Below are positions 33,473 to 42,523 of a stretch of DNA of 64,000 bases, in pieces. The DNA comes from a virus: positions 1-64,000 of the IMG/VR virus record IMGVR_UViG_3300045988_180769; one strand, 5' to 3'. The stretch's first letter is position 1. Each line of letters starts with the position of its first letter. Under the pieces are notes generated by a model. The model ran no database searches, was not told the DNA's origin, and saw nothing but the letters and a program-made list of their open reading frames with translations. A program made the translations under genes and the position numbers.

Positions 33473-34211
33473 TTAATTTACAAAAATTAATGAAATCATC
33501 CTGTGTTAAAGTTGATTTCATAATATTTACGCTTTTATGAACCCATTGAACGTTTCCTTCGATATAACCCTTCGACGAATCAATTCTATCTAAAGATATT
33601 GTTGATTCTAAACGACCTCTTTTAGATCCTAAACTGTAATTCGATATACATAAATCAATGCCAGATAGAGCACATTTCATATTTTGCTGTTTAAGTAAGT
33701 TATCAAGATATTCGTTTGAAACATTCCATTCTAAATTTCTTGCCACAGCTCCTTCTTGAGCTCTTCTAATAACTGAAAGATTCAAATTTCCAATCTTTTT
33801 ACTTCCCTTATTTATTCTACAATTTTGACAACAAGAACTTCTTCCTCCTGTTAAAAATGTAATTCTGACATAATTTTCTTCTCCACAATCACACTTTACT
33901 CTATAAGATCTTTCTTTACTTTTGGTTAAAACCTTGAAATCCTCTTTATCAACTATAGTCCAATGTCCAAATTTCATTCCAGTTTCTACTACAGTCCAAT
34001 GTTTTGGTTTTTGCTTTTTTGCTGCAATAGTTGCTCCATATCTACATTTTAAGCATTGTTTTGAAGTTCCTGTTTTTAGATCGTAAAATCTTTTTGTTAT
34101 AACTTCTCCACATTCACATTGAACTTTAACTTGTCCTCCTGGAATTATTTCTATTATGGTCCATTTACCATACTTGTCTCCAATTTTAGGATATATTGTT
34201 TCTAACTTCAT
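33450..34211 (-). CDS. HNH-family (His-Me finger)-like endonuclease with duplicated Cys-rich modules, putative
   Basis: Two repeats (GKWTIIE...CECGE...CLKCR and GHWTIVD...CDCGE...CQNCR), then SLDRIDSSKGYIEGNVQWVHKSVNIMK. Confidence 0.5.
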   Translation of the reverse strand: MKLETIYPKIGDKYGKWTIIEIIPGGQVKVQCECGEVITKRFYDLKTGTSKQCLKCRYGATIAAKKQKPKHWTVVETGMKFGHWTIVDKEDFKVLTKSKERSYRVKCDCGEENYVRITFLTGGRSSCCQNCRINKGSKKIGNLNLSVIRRAQEGAVARNLEWNVSNEYLDNLLKQQNMKCALSGIDLCISNYSLGSKRGRLESTISLDRIDSSKGYIEGNVQWVHKSVNIMKSTLTQDDFINFCKLIANNCSK

Positions 34212-34840
34212 TTTTTTACATTTGAAATCATATCAAAAAATTCTTTTCTTGATCCAATTTCATTAGTTTTAAAATATCCACTACAATATGAAGTTTGCAT
34301 TGTTGAATCTTGTTCAATTCCTCTCAATTTAACGCACATATGCTCAGCTTTAATAAAAACAATTACTCCTTGATTATCTGGTAAAATTTCACAAAGATAA
34401 TCATGTATTTGTTTTGTTAAAAACTCTTGAGTTTGAGGACGTTTTGATAAAAAATCTACAATACGATTTAGTTTGGATAAACCTATAATATCACCATCTT
34501 TTTTTGGAATATAAGCTAAATGACAAATTCCAACTATACTTGCAAAATGATGAGCACATAAGCTGTGAACAGGTATATCTCCTTGAAATACAATACCATC
34601 ATATTGAGAATCATTTGGAAATACTGTGATCTTTGGAGGATTATCGTATGCTCCTGATGTAATTTCTTTTACATACATTTTTGCTACTCGAAAAGGAGTC
34701 TTCTTCATCGACTCATCATTTTCCCAATCGTATCCCAATGCTGTTAAAAACTCACCATACGCTTTTTCAGCGTCTTTTAACATCTTCTCTCTTTCTTCTT
34801 CTGACAGAATCATATTCTGTCCTGATTTAATTTTCTTCAT
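34208..34840 (-). CDS. folE: GTP cyclohydrolase I
   Basis: VHSLCAHHFASIVG, GLSKLNRIVDFLSKRPQTQEFLT and AEHMCVKLRG, the FolE type I signature motifs. Confidence 0.85.
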   Translation of the reverse strand: MKKIKSGQNMILSEEEREKMLKDAEKAYGEFLTALGYDWENDESMKKTPFRVAKMYVKEITSGAYDNPPKITVFPNDSQYDGIVFQGDIPVHSLCAHHFASIVGICHLAYIPKKDGDIIGLSKLNRIVDFLSKRPQTQEFLTKQIHDYLCEILPDNQGVIVFIKAEHMCVKLRGIEQDSTMQTSYCSGYFKTNEIGSRKEFFDMISNVKK

Positions 34841-34843
34841 AAT

Positions 34844-35695
34844 TTATCTGTATCTTTCTGTTCCCCAAATAACAATTTGCAATCTATCTGAATAGATAAA
34901 ACCATTCTTTGCACAATATTCTGCCACCATTTTCCTATTTTGATCTAATTCTTCGTTGGTCGATCCTGATGGCATTAATATAATATTTAGTGGTTGAATA
35001 AATTCATCATCTTCCCATACAATATTAGAATTTCTATATAGAGGGACTTTCATTCGATTTCTTTTATAAACATCATAATCGATAAGATCTTTAATTTGTT
35101 GATGAATTTCTTCAAAATCATTTTTGCTACCAACAACATATTTCAATCTAAAGTCCTGAGAATATGTCAATAAGTCCCATAATGCATCTATATTCCAACG
35201 ATTTTTAGAATGATTTTTCATGACTTCTGTCATCTTCATTCCAAGTTTAGCGCATTTCTCTTCTGTAGGTTCTGATGACTTTAATTTAGGAGAAATATTA
35301 ATTAAATCAATATTTCCTATTATTTTTGGACAAGGTGCTATTGTTCCATTTGTTTCAACGATTACATTTTTATCATAGGTTTTAGCAATTTCAATAATGT
35401 CTCTAACGATTTCAGGATAAAGAAATACTTCGCCACCTGTAATAGATATATCTTTTGTCAATGGATATTTTTCAATTTCATCTATTATAGACTGGTATGT
35501 ATACTTTCCTTTTTCAGGATTAAAACTTGAATACGCTGTATCACAAATACTATTATCAAAACAGCATCTAAGATTACAACCACTTAATCGAACAAACAAA
35601 GTTGGATTCCCAGTTGTGATTCCTTCACCTTCTATCGAAGTAAATACCTCAATAATTGGTCTATATTTAGAAAGATCTATATTACTTATTTTCAT
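34844..35695 (-). CDS. queE: 7-carboxy-7-deazaguanine synthase (radical SAM)
   Basis: FTSIEGEG, VRLSGCNLRCCFDNSICDT (Cys cluster) and ITGGEVFLY. Confidence 0.8.
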   Translation of the reverse strand: MKISNIDLSKYRPIIEVFTSIEGEGITTGNPTLFVRLSGCNLRCCFDNSICDTAYSSFNPEKGKYTYQSIIDEIEKYPLTKDISITGGEVFLYPEIVRDIIEIAKTYDKNVIVETNGTIAPCPKIIGNIDLINISPKLKSSEPTEEKCAKLGMKMTEVMKNHSKNRWNIDALWDLLTYSQDFRLKYVVGSKNDFEEIHQQIKDLIDYDVYKRNRMKVPLYRNSNIVWEDDEFIQPLNIILMPSGSTNEELDQNRKMVAEYCAKNGFIYSDRLQIVIWGTERYR

Positions 35696-36327
35696 ACTTG
35701 TTGATCTACTTTAGGATTTATAAACAAATCTTCATTTGGATTTTTATATGACGATTTTCCTTTCAAATACCAATTCCAGAGATCAGTTCCCCAATCTTTA
35801 GTTACTCCTGTCGAAAATTGAATAGTACCTTCTTTAGTCTCTCCATTTGTCATCACACCAAAAATATTTGGCATATCTAACAAATCTGAAACAAAACTTG
35901 TTGCACTTCCAGTTCTTGTTTCGTAATATTGTACAGAAAGAGCTGTCAATTCAGCTTCACCATTATTCGTTTGAGTGCACATAAGAATACCTTGAATTGC
36001 AGATAAAAGAAATAATGAGAGCATTTCAGCAGAAGGATTAAATGGAAGACTTATCCATCTATCACTATGCTTCATGATGAACTTAATATATTCTTCATCA
36101 TCCTGATTCCAAAACACAGTGCAGTGATCAAAAGAATCAATAAATTGCTTAATTGACCCTTTCATTAATCCAAAATCATAAATCATACCTGCATTATCTA
36201 ATTTAGAAGCAGTGAGACTTACAAGAACTTTGTAAGAATGACCATGAATAGATCTCTTACATCTTTCTGTTGAACAATTGCGCACAATGTGTGCCATTTC
36301 ACCTTCGAATTCTTTAGTAATTATCAT
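35692..36327 (-). CDS. queD: 6-carboxy-5,6,7,8-tetrahydropterin synthase
   Basis: FEGEMAHIV, CKRSIHGHSYKV and MIYDFG, the PTPS/QueD fold motifs. Confidence 0.75.
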   Translation of the reverse strand: MIITKEFEGEMAHIVRNCSTERCKRSIHGHSYKVLVSLTASKLDNAGMIYDFGLMKGSIKQFIDSFDHCTVFWNQDDEEYIKFIMKHSDRWISLPFNPSAEMLSLFLLSAIQGILMCTQTNNGEAELTALSVQYYETRTGSATSFVSDLLDMPNIFGVMTNGETKEGTIQFSTGVTKDWGTDLWNWYLKGKSSYKNPNEDLFINPKVDQQV

Positions 36328-36350
36328 ATCTTTTGTTTTAAATTTGATGT

Positions 36351-36383
36351 TCTAAAGATACTATAATTACTTTAAATCGTCAA
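36351..36383 (-). promoter_or_regulatory. Bacteroidota-type promoter candidate (TTG-N20-TATCTTTAG) ahead of queD
   Basis: On the minus strand, TTG at 36383-36381 (inside the 3' end of ORF 36367..36855) and TATCTTTA at 36360-36353, 25 nt upstream of the ATG at 36327. Confidence 0.5.
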
Positions 36384-36855
36384 TTGAAATGGTAGTTAAC
36401 ATTTTAAGTTTTACGTCAATATAAGGAACTATAAATGGAAGGCCTTTCTTTCTCACCATAATTACATTTTCATCAGGATTATTTGTTTTCACTCTATAAT
36501 CTACATCCTTCCATGTAACCATTCGTCCTTCACTAAAAAGATAGAATTTATCCCAATAAGAAACTGCTTCTTTCTTTGCAGAATATTGTAGTTTTGGAAG
36601 CCCATATTCCTGAAGAAATTTACTTCTCCAAAATATCTCGAAATTTTCATCTGAATCAAAAATTGTTTCCTTTCGATATCGTTTTGCTACATTTTGAATT
36701 TTCTCTTTCTTTTTTGCAGCAATATCGCTATTCATCTTTCTGAACTCAGGAACTTCATAGATTATTGATCTTAATTTATAACTCAAATATTCGAGTTGCA
36801 ATGTTTTTATAAATTCTTCTATCGAGAGACTTCTTGATTTTTCTTCCATGATCAC
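36367..36855 (-). CDS. hypothetical protein
   Basis: 162-aa ORF. Confidence 0.65.
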   Translation of the reverse strand: MIMEEKSRSLSIEEFIKTLQLEYLSYKLRSIIYEVPEFRKMNSDIAAKKKEKIQNVAKRYRKETIFDSDENFEIFWRSKFLQEYGLPKLQYSAKKEAVSYWDKFYLFSEGRMVTWKDVDYRVKTNNPDENVIMVRKKGLPFIVPYIDVKLKMLTTISIDDLK

Positions 36856-36889
36856 TTTTTGTTTGTAAAGCTATACAAATTAACTTTAT

Positions 36890-36922
36890 GAACAAAAAGA
36901 AAGGGTTACTTAATTGTAACCC
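36890..36922 (-). terminator. intrinsic terminator after ORF 36929..37300
   Basis: GGGTTAC (36903-36909) pairs with GTAACCC (36916-36922), followed on the minus strand by TTTCTTTTTGTTC, the same trailing sequence as at 1301-1313. Confidence 0.65.
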
Positions 36923-36928
36923 TAAAAC

Positions 36929-37300
36929 TCACCAATTAATTTTTACTAATCGTGCTCCCCATCCTTTTCCAGTTGCACCATTTAATCCACTTGTTCTATG
37001 TACTATTTTAAGATTCTTATTAATTCCTACTACGTGTTCATGGATAACTTGACCATAAGCACCATATCTATAAGACGCTTTTACAAACTCTCCATTTTCT
37101 TTTCTTAGAGAAGCTGAACACCATTTTTCAAGTTCTTGTGGATTGTAAAAACAAAGATGTCCTTCAATTTCAATTGATTCGTATTCATTTTCAACAGTAT
37201 AAGATTCTGTAACACTCTTCATCTTCTTTGTAGATTTTCCATTTCTCATCACTGGAACTTCTATAGTTCTAAACTTTGTATCTATAAAAATCTTCTTCAT
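36929..37300 (-). CDS. hypothetical protein
   Basis: 123-aa ORF with its own promoter-like motif and terminator. Confidence 0.65.
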   Translation of the reverse strand: MKKIFIDTKFRTIEVPVMRNGKSTKKMKSVTESYTVENEYESIEIEGHLCFYNPQELEKWCSASLRKENGEFVKASYRYGAYGQVIHEHVVGINKNLKIVHRTSGLNGATGKGWGARLVKINW

Positions 37301-37340
37301 AATTTTTCTCGTTTTTAATTGTTGTCCTTTTCTTTTGATA

Positions 37341-37373
37341 CCTAAAGATACACCTTTTGGACCAATGTAGCAA
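37341..37373 (-). promoter_or_regulatory. Bacteroidota-type promoter candidate (TTG-N20-TATCTTTAG)
   Basis: On the minus strand, TTG at 37373-37371 and TATCTTTA at 37350-37343, 42 nt upstream of the ATG at 37300. Confidence 0.55.
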
Positions 37374-37375
37374 CA

Positions 37376-38383
37376 CTAAACAAGATTATTTGTATAAAAA
37401 TTTATAGGTTCGACCATATTATCGAGAGCTTCAAGTAATTCTTCCTGAGTAGCATCTCCTGGATCTTTTTTCTTGTCTTTTAAACATGCTATTCTTACAG
37501 TGAAATATTTCTGTAGAGTCATTGAAACACTTTTAATCGTTTCAGGTTTATCAGGATCGTACATAAGAACTACTGATTGAACACTTTTCTTCTTTCTCAG
37601 TAACCTAATTTGATCTGTTCCTATATTATTACCAAAAGTGAAAATACATTTGATTTCTTCTGTCTCATAGAGATGAAGCTTTTCATCTACTGAAATATAA
37701 TCAAACATTCCTTCTACAACAATCACTGTGTCAGTCTTGTCAGTAATTTTATCATAACCTCCTATCACCTTTGCAAAACCATCTCTTGAATTTTCATATC
37801 GAAGTATGAGTTTTGACTTTCCTTCTTTGAATTCTTGTAGATTTTTATCATGCCATTCTTTCGACTTATTTGAACGAGCCAACCACGCAACAGTCTTATC
37901 GTTCATCGTAAATTGAAAAATGAACTTATCGTGTAGCTTTTTCTCTAAAAAGAATTTTGTGATTGCAGGTTTAAATTCTTCATAGTATCTTTTATTAAAT
38001 CCTCGATCGTCAAGATATGAATCGTTTTTAAGATATTCTAATTTTCTTGGCAATTCACACTCGTCAAGTTCTAAATTCGTTTCCTCATCTTCTTTTTCAT
38101 CTACAAGAGGAGTTAGCTTTGAAACTTTTACACTATTTTCATAGTTTATTTTAGCTAAATCCATCCTTTCGATCTTAAATAGGTATCCCTTTAAGTTAGT
38201 TTTATGACCACATTTAAAACAATGAAAAACACCATCGTTTCCATGATCATTAAAATGAATAGCCCATTTTTTACCTTTGCCACAAAATGGACAAGAAGTA
38301 TCTTTATCTTGCATCCATCCAGAAGCACCAAAAGGAGTCAGATTAAGTTCTTGTATAATTTCTAATTTATCAACTCTAAACAT
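37376..38383 (-). CDS. dnaG: DNA primase (zinc finger plus TOPRIM)
   Basis: CPFCGKGKK...HCFKCGH zinc finger, plus TOPRIM-like VIVVEGMFDYISV and VVLMYDPD. Confidence 0.75.
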   Translation of the reverse strand: MFRVDKLEIIQELNLTPFGASGWMQDKDTSCPFCGKGKKWAIHFNDHGNDGVFHCFKCGHKTNLKGYLFKIERMDLAKINYENSVKVSKLTPLVDEKEDEETNLELDECELPRKLEYLKNDSYLDDRGFNKRYYEEFKPAITKFFLEKKLHDKFIFQFTMNDKTVAWLARSNKSKEWHDKNLQEFKEGKSKLILRYENSRDGFAKVIGGYDKITDKTDTVIVVEGMFDYISVDEKLHLYETEEIKCIFTFGNNIGTDQIRLLRKKKSVQSVVLMYDPDKPETIKSVSMTLQKYFTVRIACLKDKKKDPGDATQEELLEALDNMVEPINFYTNNLV

Positions 38384-38385
38384 AA

Positions 38386-39816
38386 TTAAATTCTTTCAGC
38401 CTTTTTTAACTTCGTTTCTTTTTTTTGTTTATCATCTTTCTTTTTGACTGGATGATAATTGGTAAAAAGTTCTCTTGTTCTTCCTTTATTGCAAAATCTT
38501 CCTCGATCATAATCTGTTGCAATAGGAATGATTTCTTGAGATCCTTTATAATCTCGAATCTTGTCAACATATACTCGTAAAACAGATTGCTTCAATTCTT
38601 CTCTTGTTTGATTTCCAGTTAACACAAAAGAAAATGGCTTCACTAATGTCTTGTCTCCTTCAGTATAACTTCTATCAATCACTTTATCAGAATTATCCCA
38701 TATCTCTATAGGAACGTTACTTGCCTGTGTTGCAGTAACTCCAACCATTTTAAACTCCACACAAATGTTTTTGAATAATTGAGCACTTGTTTGAAGTTTA
38801 TCTTTTTTATATGCAGGATTCGTATCAATAATTTTATTTATTCCTGTTGCTACAAGATCTAACGAGTCCATCACCAACACTTTTGGAAAGAAACCATGTA
38901 CTTTGCCATAATCAAGAACAAGGTTTCTAACATCAACCATCGTTGCTTCTCCAAACTTCTCAAAACCATATACATCAATGTCTTGACCATATTCAATCAT
39001 AGACCTATATGATTGTGTAACCTTCTTTTGATCTTCTGCTTTTAAAAATCCCTGTCGAATATCGTTAAACGATTGATTCGTCCAAAACTGATCATACTTA
39101 TCCAAACATGCCTGTACACCACCTTCTAACTGAATATGTAACACTGGATTGCCATCTAACGCTGCAGCCATAGCCTGATATCTTAATGCTGTCGACTTTC
39201 CTATTCCAGACCTCATTATCCATAGAACAGTATCTTCACAGAGAGCACCTCCATATGCGAGATCGTCTAATTGATCTATTCCAAAAGTAATCTTTATAGG
39301 TGTTTGACTTGTTTCAATATTCTCTCGTCTTTTTTTCATTCGAGTATTGAAATTTCCAAACACTTTATGAAAATTTCCTCCATCGTGTCTTAATGAAAGA
39401 GATAGTATTCTTTGACTTTCTTCAGCGTTAACTCTTATAGCTTCATCTTTTTTACCATCTTCGTATAAATCATGAACTTTCTTTGACAATAATTGAAACT
39501 CAATATCTTTTATGTATGACTCAAGTTGATCTATTATTATTTCTCTATCAACTTTTGCAGCTTTATGTATTTCATCAATCGACTCTTGTACAAAGTCATT
39601 GTCAATATATTTCTGTGAAACAACTCCTAATGATGGAACTGTTTCTTTCTTTGTGAAAATTTCAATTGCTTCTCGAAGAAGATATTTATATCCAGACCAT
39701 TCTTTTGGTATTAATTGATATGTTAAATTGCTCACAGCTATCTGTGTCAATACTGGATCGAGATAAATCAATTTAAAGAGTTCAGCCATAAAATTGGCTG
39801 ATAATTTCTGTGCCAT
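38386..39816 (-). CDS. dnaB: DnaB-like replicative helicase
   Basis: Walker A (MRSGIGKSTAL), Walker B-like (VLVMDSLDLV), and a helical N-terminal domain of about 180 aa. Confidence 0.8.
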   Translation of the reverse strand: MAQKLSANFMAELFKLIYLDPVLTQIAVSNLTYQLIPKEWSGYKYLLREAIEIFTKKETVPSLGVVSQKYIDNDFVQESIDEIHKAAKVDREIIIDQLESYIKDIEFQLLSKKVHDLYEDGKKDEAIRVNAEESQRILSLSLRHDGGNFHKVFGNFNTRMKKRRENIETSQTPIKITFGIDQLDDLAYGGALCEDTVLWIMRSGIGKSTALRYQAMAAALDGNPVLHIQLEGGVQACLDKYDQFWTNQSFNDIRQGFLKAEDQKKVTQSYRSMIEYGQDIDVYGFEKFGEATMVDVRNLVLDYGKVHGFFPKVLVMDSLDLVATGINKIIDTNPAYKKDKLQTSAQLFKNICVEFKMVGVTATQASNVPIEIWDNSDKVIDRSYTEGDKTLVKPFSFVLTGNQTREELKQSVLRVYVDKIRDYKGSQEIIPIATDYDRGRFCNKGRTRELFTNYHPVKKKDDKQKKETKLKKAERI

Positions 39817-39817
39817 A

Positions 39818-42523
39818 TTATATTAGAGTTATTCCAACTTTGACTTCTTTTTCATCTTCTCTCAAACTATTGATTGCTAAAAATGCACTCATGGTGATAT
39901 CGTCATGTCCTGAACTTGCTTCGAGTTTACCATTATCACTTTTAAATGTAATAGAAGCAAACTCTCCAAACATTATTTCCACTGCTTGTTTTGTTTCTCC
40001 AGGAGCATATGGACATTTGATCTGTCCTCTTTCAAACATTGCTGAAAGACTTGGCAATCCAGTATAAAGATCCTTTTTATTTCCTTCAGTTGTTGTAAAT
40101 GGCTCTATATTTTTTAATCCTCTTTCTTGTGCCAATCCTGATAATATGGACTGAAATCCATTCGCTTCACATATAATTTTGTTTGGTCTAAAAAGACGAT
40201 CAAGTTGAACAATCTTATCTACCTGCTCATTATGAGACATTCCTTTTTGCCTATAATAATAAAGTAAATAGAAGTTCTTCATTGCATCAATGCCCCAAAC
40301 TGAATAAACAGTATAGTCAGCACCAATATTACCAGACACAGCAAAGTCAACACCAATATGAACTCTTGTCAACTTGATTGGAAATTCATCTATTGAACTC
40401 GCAAACCTTATATTCTCCATTCCAACAATACTTCTCATAAGGTATTCATATGGAAAGATCGTTGAAGAGTCACTAATTGGAACAACTAAATATTCTCGAT
40501 TGAATACAATTGTTCCAAGTTCTTCTTTCTTTTCGAGTATCTGTGAAAAAGTAAATCTATCTGGTGCCAATGGACGTCCATTTGGAAAGACGATTGGATA
40601 TTCAAAGCAATAAAATCGTTTATCTGCTTTTAATAATTGATACAATTCATTAGGAGCTGAAGAGAATGGAGTTCCACAAATAAGAAAATATCCATAAGGT
40701 TCTACGATAGGCTCTATTGTACCTTTTAAAAGCTCTTTCATCTTTTCTCTCTGTTCATCTGAATAAAGAGATGATTCATCAGGCATGTCATCGCATAATG
40801 CAGCTCCAACATGAAGACCTCGAATAAATCCATCCTTACCACGAACATGAAGAATTGAACCAGTTTCTGTTGTGATACCAGTCTCACCAATAGACGCTTT
40901 ATTGTTTGGATTTAACTTTTCCTTAATAAGATCATTTGTTTCAATTTCTTCTCTCACTTTGGCAACTTGTACTTTCGCCAGTGTCATCGTAGAAGTGATG
41001 TAACAAGTTTCCTTTCTATTGGCATTATCTATTGTATCAGGTCTCCAAACAGTTGGTCTACAATAACTCCACAATCTCCATAATATAAAAGCATAAGACC
41101 ACTCAAAACTATTGTGAACTACTGTTCCATCTTTATGAAGATATAAATGATCACCATCAAGATAAAAACCATAGAATTTTGTTCTCTCACCTTTGGTAAC
41201 TTCAATCTTTCCTCTTCTATAGTCTTGTCTATAATGAATCTGATGAGCTCGTTTTCTCTCGACTCTTGTTGGAATTGTATGTAAATCCAATGAAATTCTT
41301 AATTCGTCTCTACTAAATCCTTTTATAGTTCGTGAGCTTAAAGAAGTTCTAAATCCTAAAGACCAGGCTAAATCTTGAACTTGTTTAATAAAACTTCCTG
41401 ATTTTAAAGTTAATTCAAAAATAGTTCCTGTTGAACTTAAATGTCCATCTGTATCAAGTATTCCTGCTAATAATTGAAGTCTCTGCTCTCGAGAACCTCT
41501 CATATAAATATCAGGAATATGTTTATTATTCAATACATTAAGCTCTCTAAGAACATTCAAAACTGGATTAATCTCTCCATGTTTTTGTTCAACATTGGTT
41601 AAAGAATATTCGTATTTGTTTTTTAATTTGAATAATTTCATTCCAAGTGATTCTGCATACTCTTTCCAAGCATCTATAATTTCTATATCTGCAGAAGTCA
41701 ACTTTGTACAATTACTATGTCTATCTCCTAACCAAGTTCCAAAAATATATGGATCAATAGGAAGTGATTGATCAGAAAGCTCCCAACCATTAATTCTGTA
41801 ACCATATAATCTTTTTTGTTTTGATCTTGGAAGATCATAAAAATCCTTTGCTGAAATTTCAACTATTTCTTGTCCATTCTTTCTATAATTTCCATGTCCA
41901 TATTCCATATATCCAAACTTATCTTTTTGTAGATGAAGTATGTGTCTGGAATTAACAACATAATCTAATCCATGTTTTTGCTTAATATGATAAGAATCAT
42001 CTTCACATACGTGAGTTTGTAGAACTACTCGAGGTGTCGAATCGACACCCATCACTTTATCTCCTACTTTAATATCTTCGATCTTTTTTAAAGACCCATC
42101 AAACATTACAACTTCAGTTCCAGCGATCTCTGTTTTTCCACTTGCTCTACTACACAAGTAACAGCTCCATGGAAAAAGTTGTGTTAAATTTCCCCATTCA
42201 ATATTTCTCCATCCCATTCTGAACTTTGGGAGCATTGTTGTTTTGAAATAATTGAACGATAAAATTTTAAGCGTAGAATCCATTGAAGATTTTACATTCT
42301 CAACATACTCAAGATTCTCTGAATCAAGTGATTTACCCAGATATAACGCTCTTTCTGCCTGTGTTGTCATTTCTTTTAGCATCGCATCAACATCATTATC
42401 ATATCCTTCCATGAGTTGATATAATGCTTTTCCAGGAAGAGCTTCAATTACTTTATCTATTGTATCACATAAATAATTGAGTTGTATGTTTGAAAGTAAG
42501 TCTTTTCCATCAGGTGTTAGCAT
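39818..42523 (-). CDS. terL: terminase large subunit, interrupted by an intein in Walker A
   Basis: The extein reads CSRASGK|SFEWSYAFILW (P-loop). The C-terminal RNase H-like nuclease domain has HIGVDFAVSGNIGADYTV, ICEANGFQ and SGHDDITMSAFLA. Confidence 0.85.
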   Translation of the reverse strand: MLTPDGKDLLSNIQLNYLCDTIDKVIEALPGKALYQLMEGYDNDVDAMLKEMTTQAERALYLGKSLDSENLEYVENVKSSMDSTLKILSFNYFKTTMLPKFRMGWRNIEWGNLTQLFPWSCYLCSRASGKTEIAGTEVVMFDGSLKKIEDIKVGDKVMGVDSTPRVVLQTHVCEDDSYHIKQKHGLDYVVNSRHILHLQKDKFGYMEYGHGNYRKNGQEIVEISAKDFYDLPRSKQKRLYGYRINGWELSDQSLPIDPYIFGTWLGDRHSNCTKLTSADIEIIDAWKEYAESLGMKLFKLKNKYEYSLTNVEQKHGEINPVLNVLRELNVLNNKHIPDIYMRGSREQRLQLLAGILDTDGHLSSTGTIFELTLKSGSFIKQVQDLAWSLGFRTSLSSRTIKGFSRDELRISLDLHTIPTRVERKRAHQIHYRQDYRRGKIEVTKGERTKFYGFYLDGDHLYLHKDGTVVHNSFEWSYAFILWRLWSYCRPTVWRPDTIDNANRKETCYITSTMTLAKVQVAKVREEIETNDLIKEKLNPNNKASIGETGITTETGSILHVRGKDGFIRGLHVGAALCDDMPDESSLYSDEQREKMKELLKGTIEPIVEPYGYFLICGTPFSSAPNELYQLLKADKRFYCFEYPIVFPNGRPLAPDRFTFSQILEKKEELGTIVFNREYLVVPISDSSTIFPYEYLMRSIVGMENIRFASSIDEFPIKLTRVHIGVDFAVSGNIGADYTVYSVWGIDAMKNFYLLYYYRQKGMSHNEQVDKIVQLDRLFRPNKIICEANGFQSILSGLAQERGLKNIEPFTTTEGNKKDLYTGLPSLSAMFERGQIKCPYAPGETKQAVEIMFGEFASITFKSDNGKLEASSGHDDITMSAFLAINSLREDEKEVKVGITLI
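41111..42133 (-). mobile_element. intein (341 aa) with a LAGLIDADG endonuclease in the TerL P-loop; apparent Thr at position 1
   Basis: TEIAGTEVVMFDGSLKK aligns residue for residue with CLGKDTNILMYDGSLKK of the helicase intein. It ends GTVVHN followed by Ser+1. LAGLIDADG motifs are IFGTWLGDRHS (degenerate) and LLAGILDTDGH. Confidence 0.8.

Noticed and set aside
36866-36878. TGTAAAGCTATAC upstream of ORF 36367..36855 as another member of the promoter family
   Set aside because: It needs a 2-nt insertion in the core relative to TAAAGATAC and lies only about 10 nt from the ATG, with no TTG at the usual distance. It is too degenerate to call.
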